Part shown: positions 1 to 11,300 of the stretch, in pieces
Layout of the letters: the number at the start of each line of letters is the position of its first letter
Numbering within the stretch: position 1 is the stretch's first letter
DNA from: Chiloscyllium plagiosum
Lineage: Eukaryota
DNA: 38,367 bases
Assembly (NCBI RefSeq): GCF_004010195.1
Contig: NC_057755.1
Span: 11,085,805-11,124,171, forward strand
Direction: 5' to 3'
Program-made: the position numbers and the translations under genes
The notes under the pieces: model-generated
Seen by the model: the letters and a program-made list of their open reading frames with translations, nothing else
Told to the model about the DNA's origin: nothing
Databases searched by the model: none

Positions 1-665
1 CCCTATCCCCCTCCCTATCCCTGTAACCTCCTACAGCTCCTACACCCTTCCCTATCACTGCAACCCCCCAAGGCTTCTACACCCCTCCCTATCTCTGTAA
101 CCTCCTCCAGCCCCTACACCCCCTCCCTTTCTCTGCAACCCCCTCCAGCCCCTACACCCCTCCCTATCTCTGTAACCCCCTCCAGCCCCTAGACACGTCC
201 CTATCTCTGTAACCCCCTCCAGCCCCTACACCGCTCCCTTCCCTCTGTAACCCCCTCCAGCCCCTAGACACGTCCCTATCTCTGTAACCCCCTCCAGCCC
301 CTACACCGCTCCCTTCCCTCTGTAACCCCCTCCAGCCCCTAGACACGTCCCTATCTCTGTAACCCCCTCCAGCCCCTACACCGCTCCCTTCCCTCTGTAA
401 CCCCCTCCAGCCCCTAGACACGTCCCTATCTCTGTAACCCCCTCCAGCCCCTACACCGCTCCCTTCCCTCTGTAACCCCCTCCAGCCCCTAGACACGTCC
501 CTATCTCTGTAACCCCCTCCAGCCCCTACACCGCTCCCTTCCCTCTGTAACCCCCTCCAGCCCCTAGACACGTCCCTATCTCTGTAATCCCCTCCAGCCC
601 CTACATCCTTCCCTAACTCTGTAACGCCCTCCAGCCCCTGCACTCCTCCCTGTCTATGTGACCTT
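1..665. repeat. Minisatellite with 37/38-bp monomer and near-perfect 75-bp dimer core
   Basis: Units ccctatctctgtaaccccctccagcccctacaccgct and cccttccctctgtaaccccctccagcccctagacacgt alternate. 'agacacgt' recurs every 75 bp (191, 266, ...). Edges are more diverged. Confidence 0.95.
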
Positions 666-1171
666 CTGTCGTACGTGCATCTCATATCTTGCTCTCAAAT
701 GAAATAGAAAATGCTTTCTATCAAAGGGGCCTTTTCATACCCACTGTAAAAGGAAAGATGACGACCCAGAGAAATCTGTAGCTGGAAGCTTTTTTTGCAA
801 TTAATTTGATGTGACTTTAATAAGTGTGTTATTGGAACAGCATATTGTTACAGTGTTGGAGGCAGAGAATAAGCAGTTAAGAGAAGGGGGGGCTTAGAAT
901 TGCGAAGAGCTTTTGTTTCATGTTCACTTTTAAAGTCGGAAAATAAATTGATGTTATTTTTTTTGAATACTGGATTCCTCTGTCACTCATATTTTATCAG
1001 ATTACAAAGTGAGGCAGGCTTTCCTGTATGATTGGTTTAGTTAAGAGAGGGTTTCACCTCCATGTTGGAGCAGTGAAAATCAATGGTAGGATTAGGATCA
1101 ATGCTGTTCCTTAATGAGAACCTTAGAATGCTCATTTTTAAATATAGTATGCACCTTCTCATTTCTTATAG

Positions 1172-2170
1172 GTGTGGCGTCACCAAATATTTTATGATCT
1201 AAAGAAAAACATCTGTCAACAAATATCTATTAAATCGTATATATATTATAATAATGGAGAATTCCAAACTCGTTATTTACCATCGACGATGAAAAGCATT
1301 ACAAAAAGAAGCAGTTACCCAACGTATATTGTTGAAGACATCAGAAAGTCTGTGGGACGTATATTTTATTACAACTACCAGTATAATAGATATATTTTCT
1401 TAGGTACTTGTTTCGTATTTCATCATGGGCTATTACTTACCTGCTGTCACGTTGTTCATAATCAGTCACTGAATCAATTATATGTTACCTTTGAAAACTT
1501 TACAAATAATAGTTACATAAATTGTTTTAGATTTAAGAATATACTGTATTCTTCAAAGTCTTTAGACTATGCTTTGTTTGAAGTAGACTGGGATGGATCA
1601 CAAGTACCAAAAGACCTAACAAAATCAGATAACGCCATATCTAAACCTGGACAAGTCTGTATTGTCGGTTATTCTGATATTACAGACAAAGGTTATGAGA
1701 TATGCCCTGTAATCCCCCCGGAATGCAATCAAATTAATCCTCAGCCTTTATTAAGAGTTCCCTTTAATGTTTATAGCAAAATGAACTATCTTGAATTAAC
1801 ATCCCATGAAGGATTTACAAATTCTCAATCATTCTCTTATTCAGTATCATATGATGGTCAAAATATCAATATTCAGTTTACCTCTGCTTCAGAAATAAGA
1901 AATCCTAATTTAAACTATAACCATCAAATGGGAAATCTAACTACAATCTATTCAGGGGAAAGCAATAATCAAATCAATTATTTGGCATCAATGGCAGAGG
2001 GATCATCTGGTTCCCCCATATTTAATGAGCAGGGACAATTAATTGCAATGCACCATTCGGGAAACATCCTTAATGATGATGGAGAAATGCCCAAGTACTA
2101 TATTGCACGGGGAGTAAACATTTCTGCGATTATTAGTGATATAAAATCGCAACAAAACTTGCAAATGTAA
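1172..2170 (+). CDS. FAM111: FAM111-like trypsin-type serine protease, large terminal coding exon
   Basis: 332-codon ORF directly after a polypyrimidine/AG acceptor (cttctcatttcttatag|, AG 1170-1171). Motifs: SVGRIF, GTCFVF..LLLTCCHVV (His, cac 1448), LDYALF (Asp, gac 1565), IVGY...CPVIP, GSSGSPIFNEQGQLIAMH (Ser, tct 2006), and terminal I..DIK, as in FAM111A/B protease domains. A versus B orthology cannot be resolved. Confidence 0.85.
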   Translation: MWRHQIFYDLKKNICQQISIKSYIYYNNGEFQTRYLPSTMKSITKRSSYPTYIVEDIRKSVGRIFYYNYQYNRYIFLGTCFVFHHGLLLTCCHVVHNQSLNQLYVTFENFTNNSYINCFRFKNILYSSKSLDYALFEVDWDGSQVPKDLTKSDNAISKPGQVCIVGYSDITDKGYEICPVIPPECNQINPQPLLRVPFNVYSKMNYLELTSHEGFTNSQSFSYSVSYDGQNINIQFTSASEIRNPNLNYNHQMGNLTTIYSGESNNQINYLASMAEGSSGSPIFNEQGQLIAMHHSGNILNDDGEMPKYYIARGVNISAIISDIKSQQNLQM

Positions 2171-3239
2171 CAACATGCGCAAAGTTGAATAGTAGGAAGA
2201 ATATGCAAATCTAATTGCTCTTTGAATGCTTTAAACTTAGAACACTGGTAGAATTGAATAGCTGTCAGCCATTGAACAACCACTGATTTGGGTTAACTGC
2301 TGGGACAAATGAACAGTCACACTCCTCACAGTTGAAGAGATCAGGAATTGTAAAGGATAAAAGACGGGCCAGAGATGTCATTCTGAACGATCAGGTACAG
2401 ATGTACATAAATGTGGAAATGGAAACTGCTTGCTCTGATCAATCTTTTTAAACTATCTATTGGAATCCTGTCCGAAAAAAAAACCCAACTAAGTTTACAA
2501 TATCCTTACCTCAGCTCTAAAAATACACTTTCTTCTTTATGAGATGTCTGGTATGGCCAGAATTGGTTGCCCATCCGTATCAATACTTTGACAGATTGGC
2601 TTGCAAAAGGCAGGGGGGAGGGGGGGTTGCATTTCAGAAGACAGTCAATATAGGGTTACATTGCAGTGGTCTGGAGTCGCCTGTAGGCCAGACCCTGTAG
2701 GGAGGGTAGAATTCCTTCCCTGAAGGACCCTAATGAACCAGATGGGGCTTCACAGCAATTGGTAATCGGTCACCATCGCAGGGATAACTTCCAGATTTAT
2801 AAACAGAATTCAGACGCTGCCGTTGTCCTCATCGGTTCGACACCCATGCCCCCTTTACAGAAAAGGCAGAGGGAAGAAATCAGTAAGTGTGGGATTGAGG
2901 GTCTACGTGCCTGAGTTTACTGGCCTGTCTGTGGGGTTTTACATAGGACGTACTATCTGTAAGACCCACCAGAGCAATTCACTCCAACCCAAAACGACCC
3001 TCTGGAAGAGATGGGGCTGCACATACATGGGAGCACCATCCCCTGCAAGTTGCCCCCTCCAAGCCTCTCACCATTCTGATGTGTGAAAGAAAATCTGGTC
3101 CTTCTGGGTCAAAATCGTGGAACATCTGTCAGAACGGCACTGTGCAGTGTAGGTACGTGATATACCACATTGCAGTGGTTCAAGGAAGCAGTTCACCACT
3201 CACCACTCCTCCCCCCCCTCCCCCCCCCCCCCCGAAGTT

Positions 3240-3545
3240 AGAATCTCAGAATTGCTATAATGCAGAAAAAGGCCATTTGGCCCATTGAGTCTTCACTGAC
3301 CCTCTGAAGAGCATCCTTCCCAGACCCACCCCTCCCTCCAATCTCTGCAACCCCATATTTACCATAGCGAATCCACCTAGCCTGCATATCCCTGGGCAAT
3401 ATGGGACAATTTAGCACGGCCAATCCACGCTGACCTGTACATCCCTGGGCACTATGGGACAATTTAGCATGGCCAATCCATCTAACCTGCACATCCCTGG
3501 ACTGTGGGAGAAATCGGGAGCATCTGGTGGAAACCCACGGATAAA
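3240..3545 (-). mobile_element. HE1-like SINE, 3' part with internal tandem duplication
   Basis: Reverse of the SINE body (ggtttcc...tcccacagtcc..gatgtgcaggtta..tggattggccatgctaaattg); the ~45-bp block is repeated three times. Confidence 0.75.
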
Positions 3546-3756
3546 GGGAAAAAATTAAACAATCCAATTCTGTAATTTACTGGAGGATTAGAATTGTTCC
3601 TTTGTCACAGTTTTGAGGTAGATTGAGTTTCAAGAGACAATATGGTAACTGAAGAATTGGAAGAGATTGAAAGTCAAGCAGCTCATTTTCCTGCTCCACT
3701 TGGTTATTCTGTATGTATCAGCCATGCTCTGTGATCTGTTGCTACTGGTCATGGCA

Positions 3757-3762
3757 AATAAA
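3757..3762 (+). promoter_or_regulatory. Candidate polyadenylation signal for the FAM111-like gene
   Basis: AATAAA followed ~40 nt later by a GT/T-rich tract (tgtttattgttttcatttc). Confidence 0.35.
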
Positions 3763-3984
3763 AACGTCACATTAACACAAGAATTGAGAGCGAGAGACTG
3801 TTTATTGTTTCATTTCATGTAATTCATTCAAACGTTAATAATTCATTGCATGTTTGTTCAATAAGTGCTTCAGCAAACAAACCCGAAATATCTTGTAGTC
3901 AGTTTCAGTGCGATCTGACCACTCACTGTTCCAATTGCACATATATACACTCTGCACAGAATATAAACATAATTACTACACCAC

Positions 3985-4270
3985 AGACCCATGGATTATT
4001 GGGTCAGCAACATAACCCCTATACTACTGTACCCTGGATTATTAATGAAATAAGAAACCCTTATAATACTGCAGCCTCATTTACTAGTCTAGTAAAGTAA
4101 CTTCTCATTACTGTACCCTGGATTATTAATGCAGCAACGGACCCCTATAATGCTGCAGCCTCATTTTTACTAGTACCCTGGATTATTAGTCCAGTAATTT
4201 AACCCTAATATACATCACACTGGATTAATCCAGTAATTTAGCCCCTCTGCTGCCTTACCCGGATTATTCC
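3985..4270. repeat. Degenerate tandem repeat (taccctggattatta... units)
   Basis: Recurring 'accctggattatta' and 'ataatactgcagcctcattt' blocks. Confidence 0.7.
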
Positions 4271-4329
4271 AATAGAATAATACATATTTACAGCATACCT
4301 GCGCCAGTCAACACATGCTATTTCCCAGT

Positions 4330-5000
4330 TCTTGCCCATTGCCCTGGAGGCTACGGAGATGCACATGAACCAGCTAAACCCTTCTCCGTTACAATGAGAG
4401 CTTCTGACCCAAACACCCTTTCACGCAGTGAGTTGCAGACTTCCACAACCCTCTGAGTGAAAAAGAAAGCTTCTCCTGAGCTCTCTGCCTTGGAACCAAT
4501 TATCTGAAATCTATTGCCCCGCTTACTGAATACAGAGCGACTGGCGTACCCATGGAATTGCTTCCCGTGGTTTCAGGTACACGTGGTTTACCGCGGACTG
4601 AACATGTTACAGGGGACCTTCCGGAGCCAGGGGGCTGCTGGGAAGGTAAATTTCCCGTTGAAATGAAAGGGTTTGCACTTACCCGCGGTAGGTCTGGGAA
4701 CCTATTCCCAGTGGGTACGGGGGACTACTGCACTTTGGTTTGGGAAGCAAGTGTTTCCCTGTCCACCTATCTCTGTCTCCCATAATCCTATAGCCTTCTA
4801 TCAAATCTCATCCCAACCTCGACTGCTCAAAGGAAAAAAAAATCGCAGACCCTCCAGCCCAGGCAGCTTCCAATGAAATCTCCTCTGCGTCTTCTCTCGA
4901 GCAATCACTGTGTGACCAGCACTGCACACAGTATGTAACTGTGACCTAACCAGCATTTCGTCCCATTCCAACAAAACCCCTTATCCTATGCTCATTAAAT
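4330..5000 (-). mobile_element. Old CR1 LINE 3' fragment interrupted by a MITE
   Basis: Degenerate match to other minus-strand CR1 copies in the window (caaccctctgagtgaaaa; ccctgtccacctatct; aaatctcctctgc). Confidence 0.6.
4533..4730. mobile_element. Tigger/pogo (MER44/Tigger7-like) MITE
   Basis: Preceded by TA; ends ...gggggactactg. Imperfect inverted ends (gtacccatggaattgcttccc / gggaacctattcccagtgggtac). The body resembles MER44 termini as recalled. Confidence 0.65.
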
Positions 5001-5179
5001 ACCCCACGTGTTATGGACCAGACCAGACCTCCCAAAGTATATTATGGAGATAGCCTCACTTTTACATTCTTTTCATGAGGCAAGTGTGAGCTGCTGTGTT
5101 CCAGATGTGGTTCGGTTCCTCTACCATTAAGTTTTAATTAAAATAAAACAGTTTGATTCTTGCAACATCGAAGGATCTG

Positions 5180-5778
5180 GGAGGCATCGTGCATTAATTC
5201 ACAAGAAGTTAACGTCGAACAGGGAAGGCAACTTAATTCAAAGGGAAAAGGGGGTCAGAATAAAGAGGTCTTCTTCTACCGATACAAGGTACAGGTCAGA
5301 CAGCTGTGAACAGTTCTGGGCCCCTGATCGAAGGGGTGTTAAGCTGACACTGGGGGCAGTCCAGAGAGATATCACTTGGCTGCTCTCGGGTTCGAAGGGC
5401 CTGTCTTATCGGAAGAGGTTGAGCAGGTCAGAGTTCAGAGGAATGATCAGGGGATGGTCTCGGGGCCTTGACAGGGTCGATACTGACTGCTCGTTTCTCT
5501 CTGTGGGAGGGTCGAGGTGCGAAGGGCATCAAACTCACAGTAAGGGGTCACACCTTAGGAATTTCTTCTCTCCGAGAGTCTATGAATCTGTGGGATTCTT
5601 TCAGACAGAGGGCTGTTGAGGCTGGGCCATGGATTATATTCAGGGCTAAAATTGATTTTTTAACTGTAGGCGAATGTGGGTTATGGGGAATAGGCAGAAA
5701 AGTGGAGATGAGGATGATCAGATCAGTCATGATCTCAGTGAATAGCAGAGGAGACTCAAGGGACTGAATGGCCTACTG
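5180..5778 (+). mobile_element. Degenerate CR1 LINE 3' region
   Basis: acagttctgggcccc, gaatttcttctctccgagagtc.atgaatctgtgg and the terminal gggactgaatggcctact are typical of CR1 ORF2 C-terminus/3' end. Confidence 0.7.
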
Positions 5779-5781
5779 ACA

Positions 5782-6550
5782 GCCAGAGAGATGTACAGCA
5801 TAGAAACAGACCCTTCAGTCCAACTTGGCCATGCCGACCCCATATCCTAAACTAATCTTACCCCATTTGCCAGTACCTGGCTCGTATCCCTCCAAACCCT
5901 TCCTATTCACATTCCCATCCAGATGCTTTTGGAATGTTGTAATTGTACCAGCCTCCACCACTTCCTCTGGCAGCTCATTCCATACACGTACTACCCTCTG
6001 CGTGAACAAGTTGCCCCTTAGGTCCCTTTTATATCTTTCCCCTCTCACCCTAAACCCTTTAAAAGTTCTGAATTCCCTCACCCCAGGGAAAAGACTTTGT
6101 CTATTTATCCTATCCATGCCCCTCATGATTTTATAAACCTCTATAAGGTCACCCCTCAGTCTCCGATGCTCCAGGGAAAACAGCCCCAGCCTGTTCAGCC
6201 TCTCCTTATAGCTCAAATCCTCCAACCCTGGCAATATCCTTGTAAATCTTTTCTGAACCCTTTCAAGTTTCACAACATCTTTCCGATAGGAAGGAGACCA
6301 GAATTGCACGCAATATTCCAAAAGTGGCCTAACCAATGTCCTATACAGCCGCAACATGACCTCCCAACTCCTGTACTCAATACTCTGACCAATAAAGGAA
6401 AGCATACCAAACGCCTTCTTCACTAACTTATCCACCTTCAAGGATATCCTAACCTATGAACCTGCACTCCAAGGTCTCTTTGTCCAGCAACATTCCCCAG
6501 GACATTACCATTAAGTGTATAAGTCCTGCCCGGATTTGCCTTTCCCAAAA
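5782..6550 (-). mobile_element. CR1 LINE 3' fragment
   Basis: ORF 5815-6441: LYRTLVRPLLEYCVQFWSP, LERVQKRFTR, RRLRGDLIEVYKI, FTQRVVRVWNELP. Confidence 0.92.
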
Positions 6551-6609
6551 TGCAGCCCTTCCATCCCTATATCTTATGATCTTACATTTGTTTAATTGGG
6601 GCTCAGGGA

Positions 6610-6712
6610 ACAGAGTTGAAAAGTGTGGGGCTGGAAAAGCACAGCACATCAGGCAGCATCCGAGCAGCAGGAGAATCGAGGTTTCGTGCTGGAGCCCTTC
6701 ATCAGGAATGTG
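6610..6712 (-). mobile_element. Penelope-derived short repeat with hammerhead-like core
   Basis: Reverse strand reads cattcCTGATGAagggctccagcacGAAAcctcgattc; same family as 9921-10050. Confidence 0.65.
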
Positions 6713-6944
6713 GGGTACAGAGCCGGATTGAAATAAATTTGCACTGACAGGCATGTTTTCTTGGCCAGCTCTTCATGAGGACTTTTAAGGCTGGCTTGGG
6801 AAAGTGAGTTCCTTCACAAACCCCATTCACCACCAAAAGTAATGATTTCCTCAAAGTCAGCAAGGTCCCCAGTTTATCTGTCTGATGGAATCAGGGTAAC
6901 AGAAGACACTGACCAGGTTCCTGTATTCCTGCAGGGAATAAGGC

Positions 6945-8222
6945 CCCTTAAAAGATCAGCAAGGCAGCCTGTGTGTGTCATCGCCGCAGGAGATGGGGGA
7001 AGTTACTAAACGAGTATTTTGCATCAGTGTTTACTGTGGAGAAGGACATGGAAGACAGAACTTATGGAAATGAATAGCAACATTTTGAAAAAAAAATGTT
7101 CATCTTAGAGAGAAGGAGGTGCCTGGACCTCTTAAGATGCATAAAGCTGGATAAATCCCCAGGACCTGATCAGGAGTACCCTAGAATTCTGTGGGAAGCT
7201 AGAGAAGTGATTGCTGAGATACTTGTATCATCGATAGTCACAGGTGAGGTGCCGGAAGGCTGGAGGGTGGCAAACGTGGTGCCACTGTTTAAGAAAAATG
7301 TTAAGGGAAAGCCATGGAACTATTGAACGGTGAGCCTGACATCATTGGTAAGCAAGTTGTTGGATGGGATAGTGAGGGACAGGATTTGCATGTATTTGGA
7401 AAGGCAAGGATAGGGATAGTCAACATGGCTTTGTGTGTGGGAAATCATGTCTCACAAACTTCAATTTTGTTGAAGAAGTAACCAAGAGGACTGATGAAGG
7501 CAGAGCGGTGGATGTGATCTATGTGCACTTCAGTAAGGCATTCAATAAGGTTCCCCGTGGGAGGCTGGTTAGCAAGGTTAGATCTCATGGAATAGAGGGA
7601 GAACTAGACATTTTGATACAGAACTGGCTCAAAGGTGGAAGACAGAGGATGATGGTGGAGGGTTGTTTTTCAGACTGGAGGCCCGTGACCAATGCGGTGC
7701 CACAAGGATCGGTGCTGGGTCCACTGCTTTTCGTCATTTATCTAAATTATTTGGATATGAACATAGGAGGTATAATTAGCAAGTTTGCAAATGACACCAA
7801 AATTGGAGGTGTAGTGGACAGCGAAGAGGGTTACCTCAGATTACAACGGGACTTTGATCAGATGGGCCAGTCGGCCAAGGAGTGGCAGATGGAGTTTATT
7901 TTAGATACATGTGAGGTGCTGCATTTTAGAAAGGCAAATCAAGCCAGGGCTTATATAATGGTAAGGTCCTGGGGAATATTGCTGAACAAAGAGAACTTGG
8001 AGTGGAGGTTCATAGATTGTTGAAAGTGGAGTCGCAGGTAGATAGGATAGTGAAGAAGGCGTTTTGTCTTTATTGGTCAGTGCATTGAGTGTAGGAGTTG
8101 GGAGGTCATGTTACACCTGTACAGTACATTGGCGAGACTATTTTTGGAATACTGCGTTCAGTTCTGGTCTCCCTGCTATAGGAAGGATGTAGTGCAACTT
8201 GAAGGGGTTCAGAAATGATTTA
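6945..8222 (+). mobile_element. CR1 LINE RT region (5' part; continues at 11938-12335)
   Basis: [61 protein letters not shown]. Broken at 'gatt|TA' by a DNA transposon. Confidence 0.92.
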
Positions 8223-8406
8223 CAGAGGAACCTCGATTATTCAGATATCAATTATTTGAATTTCGGATTATCCAAAGATCTCGAGGTCCCCTAAAAACAT
8301 TACATCAAAAAGGTGTTACCAACACTGGTGCGACAATCATGTCTTTTCTTTACAATGACTAAAAGTGCACCCGGCTGACTGAAATGCTGCCGAAAACAGT
8401 CATCGA

Positions 8407-9381
8407 GTCATAGAGATGTACAGCATAGAAATAGACCCTCCGGTTCAACCCATCCATGCCGACCAAGATATCCCAACCCAATCTAGTCTCACCTGCCAGC
8501 ACCCGGCCCATATCCCTCCAAACCCTTCCTATTCATATACCCATCCAAATGCCTCTTAAATGTTGCAATTGTACCAGCCTCCACCACATCCTCTGGCAGC
8601 TCATTCCATACACGTACCACCCTCTGCATGAAAAAGTTGCCCCTTAGGTCTTCTTTATATCTTTCCCCTCTCACCCTAAACCTATGCCCTCCAGTTCTGA
8701 ACTCCCCGACCCCAGGGAAAAGACTTTGTCTATTTATCTGACCTATGCCCCTCATAATTTTATAAACTTCTGTAAGGTCACCCCTTAGCCTCCGACGCTC
8801 CAGGGAAAATAGCCCCAGCCGATTCAACCTCTCCCTATAGCTCAAATCCTCCAACCCTGGCAACATCCTTGTAAATATTTCTGAAGCCTTCCAAGTTTCA
8901 CATCTTTCCAATAGGAAGGAGACCAGAATTGCATGCAATATTCCAACAGTGGCCTAACCAATGTCCTGTACAGCCGCAACATGACCTCCCAACTCCTGTA
9001 CTCAATACTCATGACCAATAAAGGAAAGCATACCAAACGCCTCCTTCACTATCCTATCTACCTGCGACTCTACTTTCAAGGAGCTATGAACCTGCACTCC
9101 AAGGTCTCTTTGTTCAGCAACACTCCCTAGGACCTTACCATTAAGTGTCTAAGTCCTGCTGTGATTTGCTTTCCCGAAATGCAGCACCTCGCATTTATCT
9201 GAATTAAACTCCATCTGCCGCTTCTCAGCCCATTGGCCCATCTGGTCCAGATCCTGTTGTAATCTGAGGTAACCTTCTTCGCTGTCAACTACACCTCAAA
9301 TTTTGGTGTCATCTACAAATTTACTAACATCATCCTTTATGCTCGCATCCAAATCATTTCTATAAATGACAAAAAGTGCTG
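8407..9381 (-). mobile_element. CR1 LINE 3' fragment nested in the DNA transposon
   Basis: CR1 C-terminal ORFs 8489-9036. Flanked by direct repeat gtcatcga (8399-8406 and 9382-9389), a putative TSD. Confidence 0.9.
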
Positions 9382-9920
9382 GTCATCGATGGGAGCCCAG
9401 GCACCATCTCTAAACGACGGACCTCCTACCCTCTCTCTCCAAATTAAGACAGACAGAATGCCAATCTGGAAAGACCCAGAGCACTGGGTGTTCTCAAATA
9501 AAGAGCACACCAGCCCATGGCAAAGGCTTCACATCTGAGCTTTTGAAATTAACAGTCCTGTGCTCACAGGAACACTAAAAGTTAGCTATTATCTTTCTTT
9601 CTCAGAGTTTTTCATAAATTAATAAAAATTAAGCAAATTTCTGGGTCACATACATATATGTACTGAGCAGCTTTGCAGCAGTCCCCTAACTTTGCAACTG
9701 GTAGATGTGAAAGCGGGCAGCTTTCTCTGAGGAAATAGGAAGATGGGTTTTATACAAATCTCCATCTGATTCACACCATCCCGACACAGCTGCTGAGCAG
9801 CAAACAAATGGAAAGTAAAACACCAGAGGCTGGAAATCCCTCACTTGGTTTGCACTTTTCACGTGCTTGACAGCGCTTTTGAACTCTCCAGAGCTGAAAG
9901 GAGGCGGGTTTTCGAACGTG

Positions 9921-10485
9921 GAGAAAGTGAGGACTGCAGATGCTGGAGATCAGAGCTGAAAAGGTGTTGCTGGAAAAGCGCAGCCGGTCAGGCAGCATCC
10001 AAGGAGCAGGAGAATCGACGTTCTGGGCATGAGCCCTTCTTCAGGAATGAGGAGAGTGTGCCAAGCAGGCTAAGATAAAAGGTAGGGAGGAGGGACTTGG
10101 GGGAGGGGCGTTGGAAATGCGATAGGTGGAAGGAGGTTAAGGTGAGGGTGATAAGGTGAGGGTGATAGGCCGGAGTGGGGGTGGAGGTGAAGAGATCAGG
10201 AAGAAGATTGAAGGTTAGGAAGATGGTGCTGAGTTCGAGGGTTGGGACAGAGACAAGGTGGGGGGGGGAGGGGAAATGAGGAAGCTGGAGAAATCTGAGT
10301 TCATCCCTTGTGGTTGGAGGGTTCCTAGGCGGAAGATGAGGTGTTCTTCCTCCAGCCATCGTGTTTCCATGGTCTGGCGATGGAGGAGTCTAAGGACCTG
10401 CATGTCCTTGGTGGAGTGGGAGGGGGAGTTGAAATGTTGAACCACGGGGTGGTTGGGTTGGTTGGTCTGGGTGTCCCAGAGATTT
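9921..10485 (-). mobile_element. Penelope-like element 3' fragment (GIY-YIG C-terminus plus pLTR)
   Basis: PVVQHFNSPSH...RWLEEEHLIFRLGTLQPQGMN in ORF 10215-10553, followed by a hammerhead-like CTGAAGA..(G)AACGTC motif. Confidence 0.85.
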
Positions 10486-10617
10486 TCAAACGTGCTTGTT
10501 TTAATGAAGATAAACTCAGAGGCTCTGTCTAACCAGGAGGTCACAGCAAGCACTGGAGGCCTTCTAGGTTTTAGGATATCCCTCCTCCTCCCCCAACTTT
10601 CCCTGGAGCTCTAAGGA

Positions 10618-11300
10618 AAAAAAAAATCACACACCAGGCTATAGTCCAACAGGTTTATTTGGAAGCACTAGCTTTCAGAGCGCCGCTCCTTCATCAGGTG
10701 GTTGTGGAGGACACAATTGTAAGATACAGAATTTATAGCAAAGGTTTACAGTGTGATGTAACTGAAATTGTGCATTGAAAAATAATTTGATTGTTAAGTC
10801 TCTCATCTGTTACAATGACCATGTTAGGTTCACTTTTTTCATATGCAGATCACAAAACCTTTTATTTAAAAGTTACATTCTCAGGTTAACAATTGGTATC
10901 AGCCCAGACGATATGTTGAAGGTGTTAGCCCCCGGTGTTCCCTGTCTGTGCCATAATGTTTAGATGGATTCTAATCTAAAAAAATGAGTTAACAGAGTCT
11001 TACATGGATTCATGCAGCTTTTCAGCAAAGTACAATGCAACTCTGCAAGTACAAATTCACCCCACAAACGTACATGTGTATGTAGGTTTTTGTGTGTGTG
11101 TGTGCGAATGTGCATGCACTTGTCTGGGGTGGGGGGGTTGAGAGTGCCTGAGAGCGTATATGCATGTGTATATGTATAAAGGGGTCTAAGTCTGTGAGAG
11201 GGTGCATGTGTGAGTGTCTGTGTGCACGTCTGTGTATAGGAGTGTCGGTGTTGTGTGATTTTTAACTTTGTACACCCCAGTCCAACACCGGCATCTTCAA
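10618..11300 (-). mobile_element. Second Penelope-derived repeat family (pLTR-like) with minimal hammerhead
   Basis: Reverse strand: cacCTGATGAaggagcggcgctctGAAAgctagtg...aataaacctgttggactatagcctggtgtgtgatttt. An inverted copy of the tail is present at 11248-11300. Confidence 0.7.

Noticed and set aside
164..685. 173-aa repetitive ORF
   Set aside because: Translation of the 75-bp minisatellite; no gene context.
5009..5166. Possible LTR fragment (tgttatggacc...gcaaca)
   Set aside because: Short, with no TSD or PBS; cannot be supported without a library search.
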